From the sequence record DRR723986_9195: a DNA stretch of 36,642 nt; one strand, 5' to 3'. Below the pieces are notes generated by a model. That model saw nothing but the letters and a program-made list of their open reading frames with translations, made no database searches and had not been told where the DNA came from. A program made the translations under genes and the position numbers. This document shows, piece by piece, positions 18,959 to 27,899 of this stretch; the stretch's first letter is position 1, and each line of letters begins with the position of its first letter.

Positions 18959-19948
18959 ATGGCATTCAAAACGACCCGCCTTCTGCTGGCGGCCGCATTC
19001 CTTGGCGCATCCGCTTTCGGCGCAACAGCTGCCGATTTCACGCCGGAAAACCCGGAGTGCATCGCACCGGCCAACCCGGGTGGTGGCTGGGACTTCACCT
19101 GCCGCCAGGTCGGCAAGACCCTTCAGGACCTGAAGCTTCTCGACAAGACCATGCAGGTTGTGAACCTGGCTGGCGGCGGCGGCGGTGTGGCCTATGCTGA
19201 AGTCGTCAACAAGCGCGGCGACGACAACGACCTGATTGTTGCAGCTTCCTCGGCAACCGCAACCCGCCTTGCCCAGGGTGCCTTCCCGGGCAACACCATG
19301 GACCAGGTTCGCTGGGTGGCTTCCGTTGGCGCTGACTACGGCGTGATCGCCGTTGCGGCCGACAGCCCGATCAACACCCTGCCGGAACTTCTCGACCAGA
19401 TGAAATCCGACCCGACGTCCGTATCCGTTGCCGGCGGTTCCGCCGTTGGTGGCTGGGATCACCTGAAGGTTCTGATCGCTGCAAACGCTTACGGCATCGA
19501 AGACGTCCGCACCGTGAAATACATCGCTTTCGACGGTGGTGGTGAAGCCGTGACCCAGCTTCTGGCCGGTTCCGTCCAGGCTTTCACCGGTGACATTTCC
19601 GAAGCCAAGGGTTTTGTCGACAGTGGCGACATCAAGGTGATCGCTGTTCTGGCACCTGAGCGTCTGTCCGGCGAATTCGCCGACTTCCCGACGGCAAAGG
19701 AACAGGGTGTCGACGCGATCGGCGCAAACTGGCGCGGTTTCTACGCACCGGGCAACATGTCCGACGACGCCTATAACGCATGGGTGTCCAAGATCTCCGA
19801 TCTGTACGCAAGTGAAGAATGGAAAGGCATCATGGCTGCAAACGGTCTGGCTCCGCTCGACCTGCAGGGTGCCGAGTTCCAGGAATTCGTTGCCAACTCG
19901 GTTCAGCAGATCCAGAACATCTCCAAAGAAATCGGCATCATCAAATAA
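18959..19948 (+). CDS. tctC: Tripartite tricarboxylate transporter substrate-binding protein
   Basis: Signal peptide; PANPGGGWD, NLAGGGG, FDGGGEA and NWRG motifs; GGAGG RBS. Confidence 0.9.
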   Translation: MAFKTTRLLLAAAFLGASAFGATAADFTPENPECIAPANPGGGWDFTCRQVGKTLQDLKLLDKTMQVVNLAGGGGGVAYAEVVNKRGDDNDLIVAASSATATRLAQGAFPGNTMDQVRWVASVGADYGVIAVAADSPINTLPELLDQMKSDPTSVSVAGGSAVGGWDHLKVLIAANAYGIEDVRTVKYIAFDGGGEAVTQLLAGSVQAFTGDISEAKGFVDSGDIKVIAVLAPERLSGEFADFPTAKEQGVDAIGANWRGFYAPGNMSDDAYNAWVSKISDLYASEEWKGIMAANGLAPLDLQGAEFQEFVANSVQQIQNISKEIGIIK

Positions 19949-19967
19949 GAATGCCGTCAGTCCGACT

Positions 19968-20001
19968 GGAGGGGGCGCAGTCCATGTGCCCCCTTCTTTT
20001 T
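19968..20001 (+). terminator. Rho-independent terminator after tctC
   Basis: GGAGGGGGCGCA-GTCCA-TGTGCCCCCTTC followed by TTTTT. Confidence 0.7.
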
Positions 20002-20220
20002 CAGGACGCGTCCGAACGCGGGCAAATATCCGGTTTACCGCACGCAGCTTTGAGACTGACAGCGTAACGCCGGAAGTATGTCTGCCTGATCATTGTCCGC
20101 CCGATTGAGCAAAGTGGATTGTCGGCGGACACAGTGGCACACTTCGGGTGCCAACAAACAACAGAACACATAAGGGGCGGCCGCCGGACTTGGGGAGGAG
20201 CCGCTATTAGGAAGGTATCC

Positions 20221-20652
20221 ATGAGCGACCGCATCTTTGGCGCGGTCGGGCTACTTCTCGCGCTGGGATATGCCTGGGCCGCTCTTGTCATCGAAGAAAG
20301 CTTTCTGTCCGACGCCGTCGGCCCGAAGGCGTTCCCCCTGATCATCGCATCCGTGTTGGGTCTGTCGTCGCTGGCGATTTTCCTGAAACCCGACGTCGCC
20401 CCGGAATGGCCGTCGCTGCCGCGTCTTCTTGAAGTCGCCATGGCAGTGCTGGCGATGATCCTCTACGCGATACTTCTGCCGGAAGCCGGCTTCATCATCG
20501 CGACAGCCGTTGCCGCTGCCTATCTGACCTGGCGCCTCGGCTCTTCACCGATCGGCTCACTTTTCACCGGCTGCCTGACTTCGCTCGGCATCTATGCGGT
20601 CTTCCACCTCGTTCTTGGCCTCTCCCTGGCCAAGGGCCCGTTCGGCTTTTAA
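20221..20652 (+). CDS. tctB: Tripartite tricarboxylate transporter small membrane subunit
   Basis: DAVGPKAFP motif, about four TM helices, lies between tctC and tctA; ATG at 20221 after GGAAGG. Confidence 0.85.
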   Translation: MSDRIFGAVGLLLALGYAWAALVIEESFLSDAVGPKAFPLIIASVLGLSSLAIFLKPDVAPEWPSLPRLLEVAMAVLAMILYAILLPEAGFIIATAVAAAYLTWRLGSSPIGSLFTGCLTSLGIYAVFHLVLGLSLAKGPFGF

Positions 20653-20664
20653 CGGAGCATCGCC

Positions 20665-22206
20665 ATGGAAACTCTCTCTTCACTGGCCGACGGCTTCATC
20701 ATCGCGCTGACCTGGCAGAACCTGCTGCTGGCCCTGCTCGGCTGTTTTCTCGGCACCATCATGGGCGCCCTGCCGGGCCTCGGCCCGTCCAATGGCGTCG
20801 CTATCCTCATCCCGCTTGCCTTCACGCTCGGTCTTGGCGCTACGCCGTCATTGATCCTGCTGACGTCGGTCTATTACGGCGCCATGTACGGCGGGCGTAT
20901 CTCGTCGATCCTCTTGAACATTCCCGGTGACGAACCGGCGATGATGACCTGTCTCGACGGTTACCCGATGGCCCAGCAGGGCCGCGCAGGCGAGGCCCTC
21001 TCGCTGTCGGGCGTTGCCTCCTTCGTTGGTGCCTTCCTGGCCACCTGGGGCCTGATCCTGCTGGCACCGCAGCTGGTCAAGATCGCGCTTCTGTTCGGTC
21101 CGGCGGAATATTTCGCCCTGTTCACCCTGGCCTTCGCCACCCTGGGCGGCGTTGCCTCGACCAACCAGGCCAAGACCGCCTTCGCAGCCGCGCTCGGCAT
21201 TGGCCTTGCCACCGTCGGCGTCGACACCCAGACAGGCGTGCCGCGCTTCACCTTCGGCGAAGTGCACCTCTACGACGGGATCGACTTTCTGGTTGCCATC
21301 GTCGGCCTGTTTGCTCTGTCCGAGGTCTTCCTGTTCCTGGAACACCGCCACGGCAATGCCGACGCCAACTCCAGCAAGGTTACCGTCGGCCGGCTGATGC
21401 CCAGCTTCTCGCTGCTGAAGTCCTGCACCCCGACCATGCTGCGCACCAGTCTGCTCGGCTTCATTGCCGGCGTTCTGCCTGGTGCCGGCGCGTCGCTCGG
21501 CTCGTTCATCTCCTATACGTTCGAGAAGAAACTGGTCGACAAGGAAGGCACCTTCGGCAAGGGCGATCCGCGCGGTGTGGCCGCGCCTGAAGCCGGCAAC
21601 AACGCCGCCGCGGGCGGTGCGCTGGTGCCGATGCTCGCACTCGGCGTTCCCGGTTCCGGGACCACGGCCGTGCTGCTGGCGGTTCTGCTGGCGCTCAACA
21701 TCACCCCGGGCCCGCTGCTGTTCACCCAGCAGCCGGATGTGGTCTGGGGTCTGATCGCGGCCCTGTTCATTGCCAACTTCATGCTGCTGGCCATGAACAT
21801 CCCGATGATCGGTCTCTTCACCCGCGTCCTGTTGATCCCGCCGCGCATCCTCATGCCCATCGTGGCCATGGTCAGCTTCGTCGGCATCTACGGCATCTCC
21901 GGGTCCTCCTTCGACCTTCTGGTCATGGTCGGCTTCGGTGTGCTGGGCTGGGTGCTGCGCAAGCTGGACGTGCCGCTGGTCCCGATCATCCTTGGCACGC
22001 TGCTCGGCAACGCCATGGAAAACAACCTGCGCCGCGCGATCACCATCAGCAACGGCGACTGGTTCACCCTGATCGACAGCCCGCTGTCGCTGACCCTGTG
22101 GAGCATGGCCATCATCGGCTTCGTCCTGCCGATCATCTTCGGCAAGGTCCTGAAAGCCCGCATGCGTCACATGAAGAAGGACGAAGAGGGCTCGGTCATC
22201 GACTGA
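20665..22206 (+). CDS. tctA: Tripartite tricarboxylate transporter large membrane subunit
   Basis: GALPGLG, YYGAMYGG, LLNIPG, APEAGNNA and LGVPGS motifs. Confidence 0.93.
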   Translation: METLSSLADGFIIALTWQNLLLALLGCFLGTIMGALPGLGPSNGVAILIPLAFTLGLGATPSLILLTSVYYGAMYGGRISSILLNIPGDEPAMMTCLDGYPMAQQGRAGEALSLSGVASFVGAFLATWGLILLAPQLVKIALLFGPAEYFALFTLAFATLGGVASTNQAKTAFAAALGIGLATVGVDTQTGVPRFTFGEVHLYDGIDFLVAIVGLFALSEVFLFLEHRHGNADANSSKVTVGRLMPSFSLLKSCTPTMLRTSLLGFIAGVLPGAGASLGSFISYTFEKKLVDKEGTFGKGDPRGVAAPEAGNNAAAGGALVPMLALGVPGSGTTAVLLAVLLALNITPGPLLFTQQPDVVWGLIAALFIANFMLLAMNIPMIGLFTRVLLIPPRILMPIVAMVSFVGIYGISGSSFDLLVMVGFGVLGWVLRKLDVPLVPIILGTLLGNAMENNLRRAITISNGDWFTLIDSPLSLTLWSMAIIGFVLPIIFGKVLKARMRHMKKDEEGSVID

Positions 22207-22230
22207 TCGCTGCCAACACCGCAAGAAACG

Positions 22231-22266
22231 AAAACGCCCTCTCCTTCCGGATGAGGGCGTTTTTAT
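22231..22266. terminator. Probably bidirectional rho-independent terminator
   Basis: AAAACGCCCTC...GAGGGCGTTTT with A and T runs on either side, between convergent genes. Confidence 0.8.
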
Positions 22267-22378
22267 TTGCGGACGTCTCACCGCCGCCATTCCCGATGGT
22301 CCGAAGCGAAGCTGCCACCCAGCGGGAAACCAGGTGCAAGGTGCCAGTCAAAAATGCTTCAGATTTGAGAAGACGAAC

Positions 22379-23953
22379 TCAGCTAAACCACCAGCGCTCC
22401 GTAGCGCGCAGACCGTCGAGCGGCCAGTTTGCGGCGACTTTTTCCGGATGACTGACCTTGTCGCTGAGTGCCATCACATAGCTTGCGAACATGGGGATGA
22501 TGGTGCCGCCATCGGTCCTGACGATGTTCTGCATCTCGCGATACATATCCGCGCGCTTTGCTTCGTCGAGTTCGGAGCGCGCTTCGCTCAGAAGCCGGTT
22601 GAAGCGCTCGTTGTCCCAATAGGTGTCGTTCCACGGCGCCCCGGCAGCGTAGGCGAGCGTGAAGGTCGCGTCCTCGGTCGGTCGTCCGGTCCAGTAGACC
22701 GCGCAGAACGGCTTCTTCATCCAGACATCGGACCAGTAACCGTCATTGGGCTCGCGCACCGGCTGAATGTTGATACCGGCCGCCTCTGCCTTGCTTGAAT
22801 AGAGCACTGCTGCATCGACAGCGCCGCCAAAAGCAGCGTCGGAGGCGGAGAGTTGCAGATCCAGCGAGCTGAGGCCCGCCTGTTTCAGATAATATTTCGC
22901 CTTGTCCGGATCATAACTGGTCTGCTCAAGATCGGCTGCGTAAAAGCGGTTGGCCGGGCTGATCGGGTGGTCGTTGCCAACCGAGCCATAGCCAAAGAGG
23001 ATCTTGTCGACGAGTTCCTGCCGGTCGATGGCGTATTTCAAGGCCATGCGGACATTGTTGTCGTTGAAGGGCGCTGCCCGTGTGTCCATGGCGAACGTAT
23101 AGTGCTGACCACCGGTCGCCGAGACGATCTGGACACCCGGAGCGCGCTGGAACAGATGCACCGTTTTCAGATCCACCTGGTCCACGACGTCGACATTTCC
23201 GGTCATCAGTGCAGCCTGCCGCGCTGCCGGATCAACAATGGCCATCAGGACAACCGCATCGAAATGGGCACGGTCCGATTTCCAGTAATTCGGATTGCGC
23301 GTGAGCTCGGCGATGTAGCCGGGTTTGAAGTTGGTGACTTTGTACGGACCGCACCCATCACCGCTGGTGGGATCGATCTTGCCATCCGATGACTTCAGGA
23401 TCGGCATATGGTAGTCGCTCACCACATAAGGGAAATCGGCGTTGCCTGCATCCAGCGTGAAAACGACGGTATCGCCGTCGCTGGCAATGTCGGTAACCGG
23501 TGCAAGGAAGGGCTTGGCAGCCGAACTGCTGTCCGCGCCGCGGTGATAGTTGATCGAGGCAACGACATCATCGGGTGTCACGGTACCGCCGCTGTGGAAC
23601 TCGACACCGCTGCGGATCTTGAACGTCCAGACCTTTGCATCGGGAGATGAAGTCCAGCTTTCAGCCACTTCCCCGACGAGAGATCCGTCCGAGGCGATCT
23701 CCACCAGGTAGCCGTTGCGGGCAAAGGCGAAGACCTGCGAATAGGTGTTGTCCCAAACTGCCGGATCGTACGTGTCGTTGGTATTGCCCGAGGCAATCCC
23801 GAAGCGGATCGTTCCGCCTTTTTTGGGCTGGGCAACGGCCGGCCCGATACCAAGAGACGATACGAGAGCCGTGGCGCCGAGCGCAGCAGTTCCCCCGAGA
23901 ACGCTTCGCCGCGAGACTGCCAGTCGGTTTTGCGGCGTAAAGGCCTCTCCCAT
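22379..23953 (-). CDS. Family 5 (OppA/DppA-like) ABC substrate-binding protein with a Tat signal
   Basis: SRRSVL Tat motif; WTFKIRSGVEFHSG, GCGPY, RNPNYW and VRMALKYAIDR; AGGAG upstream of ATG 23953. Confidence 0.88.
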   Translation of the reverse strand: MGEAFTPQNRLAVSRRSVLGGTAALGATALVSSLGIGPAVAQPKKGGTIRFGIASGNTNDTYDPAVWDNTYSQVFAFARNGYLVEIASDGSLVGEVAESWTSSPDAKVWTFKIRSGVEFHSGGTVTPDDVVASINYHRGADSSSAAKPFLAPVTDIASDGDTVVFTLDAGNADFPYVVSDYHMPILKSSDGKIDPTSGDGCGPYKVTNFKPGYIAELTRNPNYWKSDRAHFDAVVLMAIVDPAARQAALMTGNVDVVDQVDLKTVHLFQRAPGVQIVSATGGQHYTFAMDTRAAPFNDNNVRMALKYAIDRQELVDKILFGYGSVGNDHPISPANRFYAADLEQTSYDPDKAKYYLKQAGLSSLDLQLSASDAAFGGAVDAAVLYSSKAEAAGINIQPVREPNDGYWSDVWMKKPFCAVYWTGRPTEDATFTLAYAAGAPWNDTYWDNERFNRLLSEARSELDEAKRADMYREMQNIVRTDGGTIIPMFASYVMALSDKVSHPEKVAANWPLDGLRATERWWFS

Positions 23954-24142
23954 TCCATGGTTCTCCTTGATGAGCGTGATAGGTTTCAGTTCAACTTGTT
24001 TGCCGGTACGGACGGCCAGTCGCGAAAACCGGAAATTCGGCAAATTCCGCCCGCCCGGCCCGGCGGTGTCACCATCGGGCCTTGCATGATTTTGTTTCGA
24101 GTGTCCGCTGCCTTGCGTCCGCAGCCTGGGCCGTGCCGGTGC

Positions 24143-24898
24143 CTAGCTGGCGTAGTTCGAGCCTTCGTCGTCCAGAATGGCTTTCAATTCGGCGAAGTGG
24201 TCGCGCCCAAGGCCGGGATAATTTTCAATTTCCTGCGCGGTCTTCTCGGCAATCTCAGGGCTGAGAATGCGCAGTGGTTTTCCGGTCTGCAGTGCCCGGA
24301 TGTAGGTCTCTGCAGCACGTTCGAAATGATAAAGGCGGTCAAAGGCTTCCGCGACAGTGCTGGCGACGACCAGAACGCCGTGATTGCCCATGATCAGCAC
24401 CTTGATCTTCGGGTCGCGAAGCAACGTCGCGCAGCGTTCGCCTTCTTCCTCGAAAGCAAGCCCGCCATAGTTCTCGTCAATTGCGAAGCGGCCATAAAAA
24501 GTCGCGGTGTTCTGGTCGATCGGCGGCAGAGTGCTGTCGGCAAGGCAGGCCAGAACCGTGGCATGGACCGAATGCACATGCATGACGCAGCGCGCATGTG
24601 GGCATTGCCGGTGGATGGCGCCATGCAATCCCCAGGCAGTCGGGTCCGGAGCGTTTGGGTGTTCCAGCGTTTGCGGGTCATTTGCATCAAGCAAAATCAG
24701 GTCGGATGCCCTGATCCGGCTGAAATGCCGCTGGCGGGGGTTTACCAGAAAAGCCGTGCCTTCGTCATTGACGGCGAGGCTGAAATGATTTGCGACAGCT
24801 TCGTGCATTCCAAGACGCTCGGTCCAGCGGAATGCTGCCGCCAGGTCGATCCGCTCCGCCCAGTGAGTGATGTTCGAATGTTCTGCAACACGCAGCAT
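24143..24898 (-). CDS. Class II aldolase/adducin-family metalloenzyme
   Basis: RIDLAAAFR, NHFS, LHGAIH, CVMHVHS and MGNHG metal-binding motifs; GAGGGAG RBS. Confidence 0.85.
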   Translation of the reverse strand: MLRVAEHSNITHWAERIDLAAAFRWTERLGMHEAVANHFSLAVNDEGTAFLVNPRQRHFSRIRASDLILLDANDPQTLEHPNAPDPTAWGLHGAIHRQCPHARCVMHVHSVHATVLACLADSTLPPIDQNTATFYGRFAIDENYGGLAFEEEGERCATLLRDPKIKVLIMGNHGVLVVASTVAEAFDRLYHFERAAETYIRALQTGKPLRILSPEIAEKTAQEIENYPGLGRDHFAELKAILDDEGSNYAS

Positions 24899-24975
24899 GC
24901 ACTGTCTCCCTCGCTTTCTCTTCGACGCTAGGGAGCGCTTCCAACATTGACAAACAATATATTCGATGGCGTTGC

Positions 24976-24990
24976 ATTAATAAAATTAAT
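24976..24990. promoter_or_regulatory. LysR T-N11-A box
   Basis: ATTAAT-AAA-ATTAAT palindrome (TTA-N7-TAA) in the AT-rich divergent aldolase/LysR intergenic region. Confidence 0.6.
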
Positions 24991-25028
24991 ACGCATTATG
25001 TCAGTTGATGAATGAGTGAGGTGCACGC

Positions 25029-25907
25029 ATGAAGACGGTTGGATTGCCTCCGCTGGCCTGGTTGCGGGCATTCGAGGCAACTGCGCGCCATCTCAGCTTC
25101 ACCCGTGCCTCGCAGGAATTGAACCTGACCCAGTCCGCGGTCAGCCAGCATGTACGCAGCCTCGAGACCTTGCTCGGCTGCAGTCTTTTTGTGCGCAAGA
25201 CGCGTGCCCTGGAACTGACGCTCGAAGGGGAAACCTATCTGCCGAGCCTGCGTGAAGCCTTCGACCTGATCACAAGGAGCACGCAGCTTGTCACCGGCAG
25301 TGACCTGGGGCGCAACCTGACGCTTCAGTGCAATCTGGCCTTTTCCGTCTATTGGCTGGCCCCGCGCCTTCGCCGGCTTTACGAAGAATTTCCCTGGCTG
25401 ACGCTCAATATCGTGACATCGATCTGGGACACCGAAAAGCGCGCGGCCGATGCCTCTCTGGAAATCCGCTTCGCCCGTCCGGAGGACATGCCGACCGCCG
25501 CCATTCGGCTTGCCGAGGAAAAATGCTATCCGGTCTGCTCACCCGGCCTGCCTGAAGAAGAGCGCTCACTGGAGAGCGGCAGGCTGTTCGACTGCGCGGG
25601 CATCACCGGCTCCTGGTCCGGTTGGATGAACTCGCAAGGCAGGTCCTTTGCAAGGGAAGCCGAAGTCAATCTGGCGTCGACCTATGTGATCGCGATTTCG
25701 GCAGCCTTGAACGGTGCGGGCCTCGTCCTCGCACATGACACGCTCGTCGGTGACCTCCTCCGAAGCGGTGACCTTGTTCGTCCCTTTGAACATCAGGCGC
25801 CCCTGAGTGAAGCCTACTTCGTCCGGACCCCGCCACCTTACGCGGAAACGCCTGCCTCCAAGGTGTTTTTGGACTGGATCCAGAAAGAGCGGGCTTCTGC
25901 GCGCTGA
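25029..25907 (+). CDS. LysR-family regulator, GcvA-like
   Basis: LPPLAWLRAFEATARHLSFTRASQELNLTQSAVSQHVRSLE helix-turn-helix; WLAPRL and PVCSP. Confidence 0.9.
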   Translation: MKTVGLPPLAWLRAFEATARHLSFTRASQELNLTQSAVSQHVRSLETLLGCSLFVRKTRALELTLEGETYLPSLREAFDLITRSTQLVTGSDLGRNLTLQCNLAFSVYWLAPRLRRLYEEFPWLTLNIVTSIWDTEKRAADASLEIRFARPEDMPTAAIRLAEEKCYPVCSPGLPEEERSLESGRLFDCAGITGSWSGWMNSQGRSFAREAEVNLASTYVIAISAALNGAGLVLAHDTLVGDLLRSGDLVRPFEHQAPLSEAYFVRTPPPYAETPASKVFLDWIQKERASAR

Positions 25908-26237
25908 TCTGCAATCCAGCGCTGCCAGCGCAAGCAAAGGCGCTTTCACAAGAGCGCAATAGTCAGAGTTTTTGAATACGGCAACGCGCCCAAGGCAATA
26001 GGTTATCCAGGGCCCGGATCTTACCGCGCAGCCACGCCGTGACCCACCCGGAATACCGGTGGAGGGGGCATCATACCCTCCCCCTGAGCCCTCAAAAACG
26101 GCCAAAACCACTCCCCCAAACTCAAAACCGCCGCCTTCAAGTCAAGTGACATGCCGCACAAGTGCGACCTGCAGGACGCGTGATATCCAGCCTCTCAACG
26201 AGAACTCAAGTGATACCGAAATAGAGGTGTAAATCTG

Positions 26238-27308
26238 ATGCACGTTCAAATCAGAAAACCAAAGAACCCCATCCCCAGGAACTACTTTCCCCACAACCGT
26301 GTGGAACAAAAGCGCGACGGCGTCTGGGTGAGGTGCGGGGTCGTTATGCCTGTCGGCGCCGGCGACAGCTGGGAGACGATCGGCAAGTTCTGCGACGGCA
26401 TCCCTGCCGAAGAAGTGGCCTATGCCAACTTCGAGACCTATGACCCCGCCGAGATCAACTGGTACCTGAGAGAATATGTCGGCTGCCACAAGCCTGGCCC
26501 TCGCGGCTTCAACTTCATGTTCGATGGCGCCAAGCCTGGTCTTATCCTGGCTCCGTTCCGGGATGCGCTGATCGGCGATGTGGTGGAACGCGCGCACAGG
26601 CAGGAGGAGCGCCGTCAGCGCCGCACCATCCTCGACCGACGATGGGACAACCGCAATATCGACATTCCGGAGGGTGAAAAACTCGTCGTCCAGGCACGCG
26701 AAATGATTTACCGCCGCGTCCAGAACCACGTCCCGAACTCGCAGGATTTCGATCTGCAAAAGGAATTGACGGGATTTCTCGTGGGCGAGGCGATTGACGG
26801 TGGCGGTGGCCTCCTCACGCCACACAAGGCGCTCTTGAAGACCCTACTCAAGCCCCTCAAGGAACTCCATCCGGAAAACGAGCGGGTTCGTAAGCTGCGC
26901 AAGAAGTATTATGAAGGGTTCGCAAACGGGGTGGCGGCGGCGCTCTTTCCAGGGCACGACTACGCGCTTCACGACAAGGTCCCGGGAGAGAGGTTCTTCT
27001 ACAATGCCGGTCTCGAGCATGGTCGCCAGATGAGCGGTCTGCAACGTTACCAGTTCGTGATGGGCCTGATGGAACGCGCACGCCGTTACGGTCTGCGGGG
27101 AGGCAACCCGATCTATCAGCAGAAAGCCAACTTCTCGAAGGGTTTTGGCGGACGCGCCGTTGCGTTCTATCTCGCACGGGAATTGTCTTCCAGCCGTTTG
27201 CTGGAACGCAATATCCACGAGACACCGCTCAAGGAAGACATTGTGGATGCAGTAAAGGACACCCTCACGGACAAAGCCAAGGAAGCTGTCGGTATCCCGT
27301 CCTTCTGA
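26238..27308 (+). CDS. Hypothetical protein with a degenerate LysM-like N-terminal segment
   Basis: 356-aa ORF with a GAGGT RBS and coding-like codon usage; VGAGDSWETIG...GIPAEEVAYAN resembles the LysM V-x2-GD-S/T-L-x2-IA pattern; remainder unrecognised. Confidence 0.7.
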   Translation: MHVQIRKPKNPIPRNYFPHNRVEQKRDGVWVRCGVVMPVGAGDSWETIGKFCDGIPAEEVAYANFETYDPAEINWYLREYVGCHKPGPRGFNFMFDGAKPGLILAPFRDALIGDVVERAHRQEERRQRRTILDRRWDNRNIDIPEGEKLVVQAREMIYRRVQNHVPNSQDFDLQKELTGFLVGEAIDGGGGLLTPHKALLKTLLKPLKELHPENERVRKLRKKYYEGFANGVAAALFPGHDYALHDKVPGERFFYNAGLEHGRQMSGLQRYQFVMGLMERARRYGLRGGNPIYQQKANFSKGFGGRAVAFYLARELSSSRLLERNIHETPLKEDIVDAVKDTLTDKAKEAVGIPSF

Positions 27309-27402
27309 GACGGGCTACTGCTGTCTTTAGGCGACTGCTCAGGACGTGCAGAAGGCGGCACCGATCAAAATGCGAGCACAGAAATATTCATCTTGTGCGT
27401 GT

Positions 27403-27430
27403 TGAGGGGTGCGCAGAGGCCCCCCCCTCA
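27403..27430. terminator. Hairpin between convergent genes, possible terminator
   Basis: TGAGGGG...CCCCTCA stem; no strong U-tract. Confidence 0.4.
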
Positions 27431-27452
27431 CTTCCTGCGGAGACCCTGTCGG

Positions 27453-27899
27453 TTACTTCTCGGCCGCCAGGCTTTGCCAAACCTGCCACGCCTCGTCGAA
27501 CGCCGGTGTTCCGCCTTCCGACTGGATATAGGCGCGGACATAGGCCTGACGGCCTGCAATTTGTTTGGGAATGGTGAGGGTATATTCCGGGCCGCCCATG
27601 CCGCCTTCGACCGTCGTCAAGGTGTGCGGGGCGGGATCGGTCCCTTTGGTGTCGACCCCGCCGGCGACCGGCTGCGGCGCGGTGGTCCAAATGGCGATTT
27701 CATCGACTTCGCGCAGAGCCTGTTCCGGCAAAAGCAGAATGTGATCGGCACCTGTTTCGACCTTGCGTCCTTCGGGTACGCCAAACTGCAGGCCGTCGAC
27801 AACTTCAGTCTTCATCTCAATCACTCTTTGCTGCTCGGCATTGCAGGACGCCAGAATAAACGGAACCAGAAAGGGAAATATTTTCAGCCACTTCACCAT
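27453..27899 (-). CDS. tsi3: Tsi3-like T6SS immunity lipoprotein
   Basis: Lipobox ILASC after a hydrophobic signal; C-terminal GGMGGPEYTL...K....R...V.A..QSEGGTPAFDEAW matches my recollection of P. aeruginosa Tsi3 (GGSAGSEYRL...QSEDGEPTFALAW); start overlaps the effector stop. Confidence 0.8.
   Translation of the reverse strand: MVKWLKIFPFLVPFILASCNAEQQRVIEMKTEVVDGLQFGVPEGRKVETGADHILLLPEQALREVDEIAIWTTAPQPVAGGVDTKGTDPAPHTLTTVEGGMGGPEYTLTIPKQIAGRQAYVRAYIQSEGGTPAFDEAWQVWQSLAAEK

Noticed and set aside
20848-22290. 480-aa minus-strand ORF
   Set aside because: Antisense shadow of tctA; its Gln/His/Asp/Arg-rich composition is what reverse-complemented hydrophobic codons give
26044-26092. Small GC-rich hairpins (CCACCCGG/CCGGTGG and AGGGGG/CCCCCT) as an sRNA, REP element or att site
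   Set aside because: Short stems expected by chance at this GC content; no second copy at the other islet boundary and no promoter/terminator pair defining an RNA
26142-26825. 227-aa minus-strand ORF, and 27393-27929 on the plus strand, as extra islet genes
   Set aside because: They overlap the 356-aa ORF and the Tsi3-like gene in antisense; those have an RBS or lipobox and family motifs, and these do not
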